Shown here: piece after piece, positions 40,177 to 61,329 of the stretch
Position numbering within the stretch: position 1 is the stretch's first letter
Layout: the number at the start of each line of letters is the position of its first letter
NCBI GenBank assembly: GCA_021613535.1
Contig: CP075493.1
Location: forward strand, 2,356,001 to 2,420,000
Direction: 5' to 3'
DNA: 64,000 bases
From: Adineta vaga
Lineage: Eukaryota > Animalia > Rotifera
The notes under the pieces: generated by a model
What the model was told of the DNA's origin: nothing
The model's input: the letters and a program-made list of their open reading frames with translations, nothing else
Databases searched by the model: none
Program-made: the position numbers and the translations under genes

Positions 40177-40824
40177 TTAGAAATTTGGATTTTGTGCATA
40201 TTCACTCCAAAGTTGCTCTACTGCATTGCCTTCAGCAAATTGATTCCATGAATTTCTTGAATATGTATTACTACGCATTGCAGATTCGAGTTGAACAACA
40301 ATATTCGAGTAACGTTTTTCACACCAAGCTAAAAATCGTGCAGTCACTCGATATGCATTAGTAAAATGATGATTCATTTCAAAAGGTGGTAACCATCAAT
40401 TAGCTGCTGGATTATTTCGTCCATATTTCCATCGAGCATAATCTGCAATGCCTTCAATTAACCAACCTGGATCTCCACGTGGATAACGTTGAACAACATG
40501 CATACATTCATGTGTAACACCATTATATCCCGGATCAATTGTGATGACTACATCACGAGTGCAGCCATTTCGATTGAATCGATCATACATCTGTGGCCTT
40601 GAGAGTTAACAAAATGTGAGAAGATATTGAAATGAAAACAAAAGAAATATTTACATCGTAGCAAAGAATGTATCAATACATCTTTGTCTCGTATTTTGAT
40701 CAAAATTAGGATCATTATTTACTATTGTTAATTTATAATTGCCTGATGTGTAAACGACAACATCGGCAGATAAGAAATCAATTCCAGCAGCTAGAATAAT
40801 TGATAAGACGATGAATGAAAACAT
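40177..40824 (-). pseudogene. Second BSP-family gene, probably pseudogenised
   Basis: Signal peptide from ATG 40824 and one intron (~40598-40654). Motifs THECMHVVQ, WLIEGIADYARW and YRVTARFLAW. In-frame TGA at 40396-40398 (AAN*WLPP) and ~30 aa missing between GYNGV and THECMH relative to the neighbouring copy. Confidence 0.75.
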
Positions 40825-42144
40825 TCTAACCCGATAAAACTAGTTTTAGTGTTGATATCTATATCATTTATATACTCTTTCAAAAAACAATAAGAATATG
40901 ATATCGTCGATAATAGAATTCGATGTCAGCTATTCAGTTTATCTAACAATGAGAAAAACAACCCTTTTTTTATCAATGCACTCTATAGCCATTAACTGAT
41001 ATTTTAAATGGTAGAATATGCTCTATCACTCATACTATGTTGCCTATAAAATCTATCAATTTCTTAATTCAATTTGAAATAAGACAAGAAATAGTTGGAA
41101 ATCGTTCATTATAGAAGAATGCAAAATAACTCGTCAAGAAACGACTACTATTTTTTCTGTTCCAAATGAATATTCATTTACAAACGAATAATACAAATTG
41201 AACAAATATGTTTATATTGTTGGTCAAACTATTGTTTTAATTTATAATCAGTTGAAATCGGCAAGTTTCGAAGAAGAACTATTTCTTATGATTATCAAAT
41301 CGAATTTGATACTTATGTGAATTCTTGAGAGTGAGTGATAAAGACGATGTAGATGAATGTGGACGAAAGTAAGAAGGAGAATAAAATTACAAGTCATTCA
41401 TACTTGAAATAGTGTAGAAATGATACATTAGCTGCTATTAGTAATCAAACAATCGCAGTTTTCAATGAACGAACAAAAGTGCATAATTGCATATGTTCAG
41501 TCTAAATAATCGAGATTTATTTCTGGACATTCAATAGATCTTTTCATAATTATTCAAAAATATTCAAGATTAATATCACATATGATACTCGTATTGTTTT
41601 GTTATATAATCAAACCTATACTGAATCTCGAGTAGTTTGAAGATATTCATGTAACGAAAATGTGTCGATATTAAAAATTTCACTTAGTAATCTATCTTCT
41701 ATCGAATCAAAGAAGAGAGAATTCTTGAATCTAAATAAAAATGTTAATACCTATTATTAGTTATTGTAAATACAATCAATTTCTGCAGAAGATCTATCCC
41801 TTTAAATCTAATTTCGTCCAATAATATTTATAGATTTGAGTTGAGAATATTTTTTCCAACTTTCGGTTCTCAAACATGAGTTTGTTCGGAGCGAGAAAGA
41901 ATAAATAAAAACATTCATTTTCACGGACTATTTTGATAACACTATCAACTGTGGAGTACCTGAGTAGACGAATTGCTTTTGTCAAGTGCTACTCATGAAT
42001 GTTTACTATGCTTGCTTCTGATTTCGGAAGAAATATAAAAAGTAGCAAATATTTATTATTCATTAGAAAGTCTTGAAATGAGTTTCACATATATGTCCAT
42101 GTAACGGACGTCTCACAGGAAAACATACAATTTCAAAGAAAGAT

Positions 42145-42192
42145 TGAGGGTGGGTGTGGGTGTGCAACCATTAGCATTTAAACACCCACACC
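42145..42192. repeat. Interstitial telomere-like repeat forming an 11-bp hairpin
   Basis: TGAGGG TGGG TGTGGG TGTG, then an 18-nt loop and ACACCCACACC (reverse complement of GGTGTGGGTGT). Confidence 0.55.
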
Positions 42193-42491
42193 ATTTTTAT
42201 CAATTTACATGTGATATCATTAAAAATTTGATTGTACAGGAAAGAATTGATGACAAAACGACTAAATTGAGTTTAATCAATTCGAGAGGTGGATTTTTAT
42301 ATTTATTTTTGGAAGCAAAAACAAACATCTAATTTAAATTTTATCACTAATTCATCATTAAAATAATCTTTTTCATAGAGATTTGGAGATTCATATAATG
42401 GAATAGAATGGAAAATATTGACTAGTATAATGAAAGGGATAAGTTTTATTCGTGAACATCACCGAGATTAGGAAAACTTCGTTGTTCAATA

Positions 42492-43100
42492 TTATATTGA
42501 TGATGGTTCTATTGAATCTTCGTTAATGGAAGGTACAACTTCCTCAATATTTTCAGCACTAATTCCATTCAATTTACAAAACTCTCGAAATTTCTCTTGT
42601 TCTAATTCACGCATTAGATGATTTAAGGCATAAATCTATGACACATTCAGATAGAAGAAATAAATTAATAATAAAACCTGTACGAACTTGTCTGCGCTGG
42701 TATTCAGATTGCAATTTTTGTTCCGAATCAGTTGAAATTGACTGTAAAGTTGGCAAACGTGTTTTCGAGATGATATTCGTTGTTTGTCGTTCAATTTTAA
42801 ACGATGATGATTTATTCAAACTATTTTGGGATTTTTTACGAGGCTTTGAAAGTTGCATTGATTCTATTCAAGAATGAGATATATGAAGAGAACGAAGGGA
42901 TTTATAGATAAAATACCAGACTTCAAAGGTGAAACATTCGATTTTGTAGGTAAAGATGGCAATTTTGATGACGTATTATTATGAAGATCATTAGTAAGAG
43001 GTTTTTCAAGTATTCGACCATCAGTTAGAATATGATATTTACGTGATTTGGAAGTTTTGGTTGTAAGTGGTGCATTCCGTGTCTGTTCATCATCAGCCAT
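42492..43100 (-). CDS. Orphan basic, Ser/Lys-rich protein (3 or more exons; 3' end uncertain)
   Basis: ATG 43100 MADDEQ..; ORFs 42864-43100 and 42607-42858 are joined by canonical short introns and continue as ELEQEKFREFCKLNGIS. Confidence 0.5.
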
Positions 43101-43932
43101 TAGTTTGTTTTATTTACAAATAAATACACTCTCTGAAATATTAGTCAATTTTGAAGATCAATGTTTACATGTCAAAATTTGTTAGTATAGAAATTGTTTT
43201 TTTTCTTGGAAAAAACATTGATTACGATCTCAGACATTTTTAAAGAACAACGAAGTTATAGATATTTTGATTTTTGTCCAATGGGATACTAATTAATACA
43301 CACAATATTGTAAAAGAGAGATCTATTTAATAATACGAAACTTTTATATAGATATTTCATTTTCTCATCGCTTTCACATATCATATTAGTACTATTTTCA
43401 AAGCGTTAAAAAACAATTCGACGTATTTACGTCAAGTTTTAGCTCTGTATTTTGATTGCAATTGTAACGATTGTCATATATATTCGAACAACTTTTACAG
43501 TATATTCTACGAAACAATATTTTGGTATTTTTGCTCGATTTTACACGCACTTTGAAACACGGTCATTTACATGTTCTCTTATGTATAGTTACCATTGTTA
43601 CAAGACGAATAACATAAAAATGATCATTCAATTATTTAGAATTTATTTAAATATCATCTTTATCAAAAGACTAGAATTTTCAATCGATCAAATTCATATA
43701 TCAAGAATCGATTCATTAATGCATATGAACGTCATCAATTGACGATGCTCTTATTTGATTGGTTAAACTATATTATTCGCTGCATTGATAGATAAATATC
43801 TATTCAAATCGACGTAAACAACAGAGTTGCAGACAGAAAAGAAGTGTTTTATTCGACTTTATTTATTTCGACGTGAGTTGTTCATTATTATTGATTTCAA
43901 TTTCGAAAAATGTATATATTCAGATTTTAAAG

Positions 43933-44200
<268 letters not shown>

Positions 44201-44795
44201 AATAAAAACTGATCCTATTCTTTTTTCTTTTGTTGTTTATTGTCATACAAGTTTTATTCGTTAAAGTTTATATGTAATGAAAAAAAAAGAACATATTCAA
44301 AATCAACTATAAACGATTCGTTATATTCAATATGAAAATATTCTCATGTTTGACAGTTGATAAATCTCTTCAGCAATGAATAGTGATCGAAAAAAAAAGA
44401 AATAGATTTCTTCATGAATCAATGATCTCTGTCTTTACTATAAGTTACATAAATAATATTGCAAAAATTAGTTGATTATCTATTTGAAAAGTTTATAATG
44501 AAATAATTATCTTTCAAACTATTATACGTCGATATCTGTTAAACAATACCAAAAATCATTGATGTTGAATTTTTATATTTTGTTCTCTCATTATATTTGA
44601 AACGTATTAGATATTTTTGAATTTTCCATCTAAATTCTAAAACTTGCCAGATGTCAGTAGTACACTGAACCAATCAATTCTTATTCGATTTACTATTAGT
44701 CGAACTAAAAACCAAATGTAGATAATAGATTTTCATTCATAAATATAGTCAACTCATATATTGTAATACCTATTTTTTTTGCTTCTGTTCGCAAC

Positions 44796-47474
44796 ATGAC
44801 AACAATACTAAATTCCTTTGCTTCGGATGATAAATTTTCTTCTTTATCATCAACATCTGATCATATCTTTTCACATTATCGTGAAAAAGATGAAACATCG
44901 TATTCTTCACAATATCCACCATTACCAACAACAACAACAACGACAACAACAGATAATAGTAATCGTGAACAAATTTCTACGCCAATTATTATCGGTGAAC
45001 CATTTTCAGCTTTGATTAATTCTCTTATTCCATCACCTCAATTATTATTAAATGATACAGATGATCAAGTTATTTATGATGAATATGGTTTTCGTATTGA
45101 TATCAATGAAAATGAACAACATTATGAAATAGTACCAATAAAAGAACCTGAACAGATCAAATTCAAATGGTTAACACATCTAGATTCGAAATATCATGTT
45201 GATGTTATTCATTTACCTATTCAAGAACAAGAATTTGTACATAAAATTGATCCAAAACAATTTCGAGATGATCCAAAAATTTCCTTACTTTTACAACAAT
45301 CATCTGGCATTCCATTATCTTTACGTGCACAAATTTGGATGTGTTTAAGTGGTTCATTAAGAAAGAAATATCAAGCTAAAATGTCTTACAAAGATATACT
45401 TAAACAATGTAATAATGATGCTCAACTTTATTCGAAACAAATTGAAAAAGATCTTTTAAGAACATTACCAACGAATGCATGTTTTATGTCAATGAATGCA
45501 TCAGGAATATCAAGATTAAGACGAATTTTACGAGCAGTTGCTTGGTTATTTCCAGGTAATACATCTATTATTCCATATTTTTTCATCATTAGTTAATCTT
45601 TTCATCTCTATTTTTAGATGTTGGCTATTGTCAAGTAAGTACTATTGAAATCATTTTCTATTAATTCAATTATGAATATAAATCATTGATTTTATACTAG
45701 GGTATGGGTGTTATCTGTGCAACATTGTTATTATTATTTGAAGAAGAAGATGCATTTTGGATGATGTGTACCATTGTCGAAGATCTTCTTCCTGGTCAAT
45801 ATTATTCCGCATCATTATATGGTGCTCAAGTTGATATACGTGTATTTCGTTATTTAATTGAACAATATCTTCCAAATATTCATGAACATTTAAATAAATA
45901 TGATATTGATTTAACTTTAAGTTGTTTTCAATGGTTTTTAACACTCTATTCCAATGTATTTCATGTGAAATTTATTTTTCGTTTATGGGATTATTTTTTT
46001 CTCTATGGTTCAATAATTTTATTTCAAATTGGTTTAATGATGTTAAAACAATATGAAAAATATCTTCTTCAATTAACAAATAGTACACAAATATTTAATT
46101 TTCTCTGTGAATTACCTCAATTATTCGAATATGAACATGGAAATGATGAAGAAAGTTTTCTTCAATTATCTAATGTATTCAATTTAACATCTGTTACTAT
46201 AGATTCGCATCGAAAGAAATATCTAGCACAATTAATGTCACAAGAAGGTTATACGATCAATCCAAACGTAACTCTATCCAATCTTCCAAAAGATATTCTT
46301 CAACGACGACATAATTCAAAATTAAAATCATCATTATCATCGAATAATACTCAAGCTTTAATCGAACGTAATATAACTCAAACTGAAATTCTCGTCAATT
46401 TACGTGAAGCAATACTTAATATTGCTAAACATTTTAAAGATAATGATTCAGATGGTTATGCTGAACAAGATATTAATCTTGATGTTGATTATTCAATTGA
46501 ATCTCATGTTAAAGATCATGAATATTATGCAAATATATCATTACAAAAATCGAAACGAGCAAAAGCTTTAATTGATTTTGATAGTCAAGATTCCAATGAA
46601 TTAAGTTTTAAACGTAATGATATTTTAAAGATTTTATCTATGACAGATGAACATTGTTGGATTGGTGAATTAAATGATAAACATGGATGGTTTCCAGCAA
46701 AATTTGTGCAATTAGTTGATGAAAGATCGAAATTATATTCCTTAGCTGGTGATGATAGCGTTAATGATTTGATTTCGGATCTTGTTCGAGGTAAATTAGC
46801 AACTTGTTTAAAATCAATTTTTGAACATGGATTACGAAAAACACCAACTGTACTTGGTAAGTTATTGAGATTGACGATATGATCAGTGAAATCTTAACTT
46901 AAAATGACATGATCTAATTTCAGGTGGTGTTTGTCATCCATGGTTATTTATTGAAGAAGCAGCTTTACATGCGATTAATAAAGATTTCGATAGTGTTTAT
47001 GCTCGTCTAATACTTTGTAAAACTTATCGATTAGATGAAGATGGTCGAATCTTAACTCCAGAAGAGCTATTATGTCGTTGTATACGTTCAATTAATTGTA
47101 CACATAATCTTGCACATGCACAACTTGATGTTAAACTACGCTCATTTATTTGTGTGGGTCTTAATGAACAAGTTTTGCATTTATGGTTGGAAACATTATG
47201 TTCATGTACAGATATAATTAATAAATGGTATTTTCCTTGGTCATTTCTCCGATCACCTTGTTGGGTATGTGGCAGAAAATTTTGAATTTGATGAGAAAAA
47301 GTTTCTTTTTGTTCAATTTAGGTTCAAATAAAATGTGATCTGCGAGTTCTACAACAATTTTCTTTCACTCTACAACAAGATCTGGAACTTCCATTAGCAT
47401 ATCGACAACTCGATGTTTTATCCAGTGTTCGTGATATGTTGATGAAACATCATTTATTTAGTTGGGATCTTTAA
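44796..47474 (+). CDS. SGSM3: Small G protein signalling modulator 3 (TBC + SH3 + RUN)
   Basis: [37 protein letters not shown] (TBC); [34 protein letters not shown] (SH3); [19 protein letters not shown] (RUN); ends KHHLFSWDL. Confidence 0.95.
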
Positions 47475-47813
47475 AATTCCTTTTGAGTCTCATGTGAATA
47501 TCGAACGATTGTGCAATAGAGTTTGTTTTATTTTTATCCGTATTCTATTTTTATGTTCAATGGCAAACGAAGACGACGAAAATCTTCCTTATTATTATTA
47601 TTATTATTATTCTTTCTGTTGTTGTAGTTGTTATTATCTATTAAAATAGTTCGAGAAAGAAGAAAAGAAAACAGTGAGATTTGTTGTAGTTTTTATGTTG
47701 TGAAACAGATTTAATGGCAAGACGAACATATAGTTGTTTCTGTGCATTTGAAGTCATTTATAGAAAAACAAAAAAGAAGAAATCTATTTTATTTTAACTC
47801 TGTAGATATAATA

Positions 47814-49575
47814 ATGGCAACGGCTGCTGTAGAACAACAATCATGTGTTACACCCGATTGTAATGGAAAGGCCAAACTTCGATGTCCAAATTGTGTTAAA
47901 TTAGGTAGACTGTTAAATCGAATAATCCATTGATTTAATTTCAAATTTCTATATAGGAATCATTGAAGGTTCATATTTTTGCTCACAAGATTGTTTTAAA
48001 GGATATTGGCAAGAGCATAAACGACTACATACACAAACGAGTAAGTACTATTCAAGTTTTTTTCTATGAAATAAATTCTAAAAGAATTGCGTTTATATTT
48101 AGAAAATTCGACTTCAATCAATGACAATCCGGAAAATTATAATCCATGGCCAGGTTTTCATTTCACTGGAAAATTGAGACCATATCCAATTGTAAGATTG
48201 TTTCATTGAAAGAAAAAATGATCGTTTTAAAGATTGTTTTAGACTCCACTTCGTATAGTTCCACCACATATTGCACGACCTGATTATGCCGATGATCCGA
48301 AAGGTCGATCGAAGTCCGAAGAAGGAGAGAAGTCATCAAGTAGTACAATTGTTGTATTAACTGAAGATGAACAAGATTTATTACGTAGTGTTTGCAAAGT
48401 TCGTAGTATTATTCAAAAGAATTGTTTCAATCATAATGAAATCATCTGTTCTTTTCTAGATTGGTCGAATTGTTTTAGATGAAGCTGCACGATCACTTCG
48501 AGTTGGGATGACAACAGATGAAATAGATCGTATCGTTCATGAAGTAAATTTCTTTCTTTCTTTCTTTCTTTCTTAGATCGATTAAAGTTCTCTGTTATTT
48601 AGTGTTGTGTGGAGAATGAATGTTATCCATCGCCATTGAATTATTACAATTTTCCAAAATCATGTTGCACGTTCGTTAATAGTTTTCTTTTCTTCATTTA
48701 TAAATCAATCATTTTTTAGGAGCATTAATGAAATTATTTGTCATGGAATACCTGATTTACGTCCGTTAAAAGATGGTGATATTCTTAATAGTAAGTGTCT
48801 AGTGATGAATCAAAGTATAATTTATATTTTGAATGAACTTTTTAGTTGATATTAGTGTGTATAAATATGGATTTCATAGTGATCTGAATGAAACATTTTT
48901 TATTGGCAATGTTGATCAAAAATCGCGCGATCTTGTTCGTACATCTTACGAATGTTTAGAAAAAGCGATAGAAATGAGTAAATCGAATTGAAATTTTTCT
49001 TCGTTTGCACAATGAATGAAAATAATTTCTTCACTTTAGTTCGTCCTGGTACAAAATATCGTGATGTTGGAAATCCAATTCAAAAGCATGCTACAGCAAA
49101 TGGTTGTTCAGTTGTACGTTCCTATTGTGGACATGGCATTCATAAGTATATATTTCGACATAAAACTACTTATTTGAACTTTCGTATTTAGGCTTTTTCA
49201 TTGTGCTCCAAATATTCCTCATTATGCGAGTAAATATTTCAAATGATCTTTTCATATTCATCTTTACTTCATCTATGTATACTAGAAAACAAAGCGATTG
49301 GTATAATGAAACCAGGTCATTCATTTTCAGTTGAACCTATGATTAACGCCGGTACAGATACAAAATCACATCCTTCTGAATTGAATTTGTTTTGTTTTCC
49401 TATAGGAACATGGCGTGATGTTCTTTGGAACGATAATTGGACATCTGCAACGGAAGATGGCCAACGTTCAGCTCAATTTGAACATACATTTCTTGTCACC
49501 GATACTGGCTGTGAAATATTGACAGCACGCTCATCTGGTCAACCGTGGTTTTTAGATGGAACTAATATTAGTTAA
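47814..49575 (+). CDS. METAP1: Methionine aminopeptidase 1 (many short introns)
   Basis: N-terminal zinc finger Cxxxx[72 protein letters not shown] and RSAQFEHT. Confidence 0.97.
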
Positions 49576-50652
49576 AAGACACCATTAGACAAAAAAAAAC
49601 ATTACCAACAAAAAAAAAACAACGTTTGCTTTTTCTACTAAATTAAAATTTTTGTTGAACAATGTCCAAGACTAACATCAGATCAATCGTTTTAAACTAT
49701 ATTCAAGAAATCTAGAGATTCGAGGCAAAATTGCCTCAAGACTAAATTGAATCAATAAGTGACAAAATATTGATAAATTTCATCTTGAATTGTTGGTTTC
49801 AACAATCTATTTTCTTGTTTACATCTAAGAGTTTACCTTCAGGCAATGATTAGATTATCTGAAGAGTATGATAAATGGATAGTGTCGATGGTGTTGATTA
49901 TTTTTCTGTATAATTCAATTTTGTCAGATGAAAATACTTGAGAGATACCATTAAGAACTTTCTTTCACTCATTAGTCGAACTATTTATATTATTTGGACG
50001 TACTATTCTAATTTAAAAGTCCTTCATAAAAACAAGACATTTTATTCTCTCTCCTCAACCATCACCAATTGCCGTTATCTGTTTTGTGAAAACTTCCATA
50101 TATACTTCTCAAATTATTATACAAATGATCAATTCTAAATGACTGTTAGCATGATTGATTGTTTTTCTTGTCATCATCATCATCATCATCATTATAACAG
50201 AAAAAAACTTCTGATTAACTCAAAGAATATTGTCTTTGATTAGTTTGTTTGCAAGTTTTCGAATTTATGTTTTGTTTTTCTGCTGTCTATTTGAAATATT
50301 TCTTTAAGCCACAACGCGAGAGTTGCCGTTCTCCCATCTACCACCGGGATTTGGCAAAGAGAAGAAAAAAGAAAGAAAGAAAGAAAAAACGACAGCGTAT
50401 AAAGATATATACACACGCACACACACACAATAAGAGAAGTAAACAAGAAGTAAGACTAGTGAAGAAGATCGTGAATAGAAAAAGAAACACGACAGAAAAA
50501 AAAGAAGAGAATTGAGCATGTTCACAAAAAAATAATAGTGATAAAGAGAATGTGCATACACCTTTGGTCTCTATCTATGTAACAGTTCTAAAACGCACTG
50601 TAAAAATACTTGTGCTATGAAAGGTGTGCAGGTGATATTGATATCAGACTCA

Positions 50653-57897
<7,245 letters not shown>

Positions 57898-58753
57898 TTA
57901 ATCGATCTAGAAATTGAATAGAAAATGAAAGAGTGACAATGAGTTTGACATCGATCGGTGAGTCATCATCAAACAAGTAATACGCGCGGAAAAAAAGCGA
58001 GAAAAAGAATTTTTTCTTTGTTTTCTTAATAAACCAATGAAACGACTCGAAATGCCTATCAAACATCTGTATGATTATATTTCCCAGGATAATTGATTGA
58101 ATAATTAACATCTACAAATGAAAATCGATTCGATTTCATATAAATTATTGATAAATATTTTTGAAAAGCGCGACATCTAAATTATCGATCGATGAATTCA
58201 ACAAGAAAAACAATGTCAGTCAGTCAGTCAGACTGCGATAGATATATGAATCTTTCCGAATCATCATCATCATCATATCTATTTATATAAACAATATCAT
58301 TGTTTCAAATTTTTAATTAGTATCCTATCGGATGAAACTTAACCTACGTATCTAACATTGAAAAACTATCATAAAAGATTCCGATTACTTCATATTAAAC
58401 TAAAAAAAGAAAAGCTATAATTAAACAAATACATTAAATTTCAATTTGAAAAGGAAACTAATTTCCTGAGGGATAAATTATATCTTACTTACATCAATTT
58501 TCGTATCAATGATATATATGATAAACTTAGCTCAATCTATACGAACTGATATGTATATATATATATATATATATATATCAGTAGTTCTTATCAGTACTAT
58601 TGCGAAGGACAAAATTTTCTCAGAACATAGTAATTCATGTCAATTAGTACAAAGAAAATCTTTTCTGTTATTTCACTTGATTAAGCTTCTTAAGTTTTTC
58701 TATGTCTCGTTCTGTTCCAATTTATTCAAATCATTTTACTCAAGCAATATACA

Positions 58754-59361
58754 ATGGCAGTAACGAATGCTCTCGAAGGTTCTAATATAGCAAGACATCC
58801 ACATTTAGTAAGTTTTTTATCAAAGATTTGTTTCAAATTTCCAAAAAGAAAATTCTTTAGAAATCAATTCGTTTGATTGAATTAAGTGATCATATTATTC
58901 GTTTAAATCATCGTGAAAATACTCAACTTGATTTACGTTTAAAACAATTAGAACGACGTGAACGAATTATTCGAACAAATTATGATCGAGAAATATATTT
59001 ACGTCGTTTACAATTATTTCAAATCTATAAATCATTAAATGAACCATCCGAAGTAACAAATCGATTGAGTAGAACACAAACACCAATATCATTTCATGCA
59101 ATTAAAATGCGTCGTTATCAATCAGCACCAGCAAATCGAACGAGAGAAGATACGGAAAATCGAACTGATGGAAGACCAAAGACAACATCCGATATATTTC
59201 GAACAAATAAAAGAGCAATGAATGTTTTCAGAGAAATAACACTCAAACCAGAATTGGAATCATTAGATAATATGCTAGTTTTGGCTGATTATGAAAGGAA
59301 ATCTTTGAATTATCAATGGACAAATAGATCGAAAACGATGGTCAATTTAAAAGAAGATTAA
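58754..59361 (+). CDS. Orphan Arg-rich coiled-coil protein (2 exons)
   Basis: ATG 58754 MAVTNALEGSNIARHPHL, GTAAGT donor near 58809 and AG at 58860, in frame with ORF 58873..59361. Confidence 0.65.
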
Positions 59362-60027
59362 TCGAATAATTGTTCACTAAATGTTAATGTATCTTGAAAT
59401 TGATTAAAATAATAAGAAGAAGTTATATCATATCTTTCTACAAGTGTGAAGGTTTGAATTAGATTCATGTTGAGAAAAGGTTAAACAAAAGACGAGACAT
59501 ATGCGAAAAAAAAGAGATGAAAAGTTGATTGTCTTGGAAATAACTAATAGTGTGTTGAATATTCATGATCAATACTTTGACCTTTCAACATTCTAGCTAT
59601 CATCAAAAGTATCTATCATTATTCTTGCATTGATTACAATCAATAGAACTATTGATTTTTCGAAAATCTAACTGCTAATATTTAACTAGAAACTCATCAA
59701 TAAGTTTCATCTATTTTTCAATAAAGTTATTCATTGCGTATTTAGACGCTAATATACATACAGCACAACAGTACACCGCACGAATAAAACCATCAATATC
59801 CGAAATAATGAGAACATATGACTTAAATACAACAATAAAATTACAACAGCGAAGAGAAAAAAAAACAACAAAACCATAGTAAAATTTTATCATTGTAGTA
59901 TATATACATGCGTACACACCAAACGACAAGAACTGTTGTTATTATTATTATTATTATTGTTATTATCTACAAGAAAAAAAGCTACTCTATCTCTACCTAA
60001 CCAAAACATTCGAAAAGAAACAAATAA

Positions 60028-61329
60028 TCATGAAACAAGTAATTCTCGACTTGAATGTAATGAGTTTGTTCGACTTTTATTTGTATTAGTTGTTGTGGTT
60101 GATGCTGCTGCTTCTGCTGCAGAATCCAATGATTGTGTTGAACTCGATCGAGCCGGTGATTTCGATAATGTTGACGTTCCTTCGAAGAATGTATTGATTA
60201 AATCATTTTTTTCTACTAATGGTGATGTATCTGTACTTCGTGGTAACGTTTTTACACGTTTATTAGTCGTTAAATTCAATTCATTATTACAACTACTATT
60301 CAGTAATTCTGATGATTGACAAGATTCATCGGTTGGTGATGAACGTTTCAATGTAATACTATTCGGACGTAGTAATTTCGGTGGTAAAGATGAATGTGTT
60401 GGTTGAGGTGATTCAACAGATAGATTTGCAATACCTGATGAAGGTGATAATAATGATTGTGGTCGACGTGTATTAACCAAATCGAAATTAAAGCCTTTCG
60501 GACGTGATAAAGCTTTGGGTTGATCATTATTATGTTCTCGTTTAAGCGAACTAGTACCTTCAACTTGTATAAAACGTCGACGATCATGTAATGGCGATTC
60601 AACAGAAATACATTTAACCGTTGGAATTGTTGATGTTGTTCGTGTTGATGTTGGTAGTGTACGTTCATATTCAGATAATTGACCAAGAAAATTAAAATTC
60701 GGAGATATATGTGATCGACGTGCTTTAATATATCGATAAGCATCATCAGCAGAAAGATTTAAATGACGCATAATAAAAGCAACAGCAATTGCCGGTGATC
60801 GACTTATACCAGCTACAAAGAGAAAGAATAGAGAAAAAAAATTTTACTAAACGAAAATAACAAACCTAAACAATGGATAAATACACGACCATTATTCAAT
60901 CGAGCCTTTTCTAGTTGAAAGAAAAAATGTTTTCATAATTTCATCAAACAAAATTTCTAATTTACCAATAAATGAATATGTTTGATCAAAATAAGGTGAT
61001 AACTGTGCATTAAGACAATCATTAACAGGTATTCGAAGAAAATGTTCATCATCCTTTTCCTCAAGAAATGGTGCTCTCTGTCCTGTAATACTAACATTAA
61101 TTACATGTGTTATATGATTATCCTATTTAAAAACGAAATAACAAAAGAAAATCAAAATAATAATCGAGGTGTAATCATACCTGCATAACTTTTGTCGAAA
61201 GTGCATCTTCTTGTGATCCCAAATAAAGAAATGGTAAGATTTGTGATGGCCGACATTTGGTGGTGTGGATGTAGCAAGACATTGTTCACTTGATGATCGT
61301 TGTGGCATATAACTATTATTGAGAAACAT
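60028..61329 (-). CDS. Dual-specificity MAPK phosphatase, DUSP8/16-like catalytic domain with Ser-rich tail; apparent frameshift near 61250
   Basis: PSQILPFLYLGSQEDA, FLRIPVNDC, RVFIHCL|AGISRSPAIAVAFIMRHL and RRSHISPNFNFLGQLSEYE. Confidence 0.85.

Noticed and set aside
40396-40398. In-frame TGA (also TGA at 16089) as selenocysteine or an alternative genetic code
   Set aside because: The positions correspond to Trp or Gly rather than Cys, both loci have other disabling lesions, and intact genes use TGG for Trp and TGA as a stop (e.g. 34001-34003).
40950-42100. Stretches that look like decayed coding DNA (also ~24900-25500, 28300-29000, 31200-31800, 61750-62200)
   Set aside because: Riddled with stops, and no transposase, RT or other family motif could be recognised by eye. 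A tBLASTx/RepeatModeler search would be needed.
49722-49738. Small hairpin GAGGCAA-AA-TTGCCTC downstream of METAP1
   Set aside because: Only a 7-bp stem, expected by chance; bacterial-style terminators are irrelevant here.
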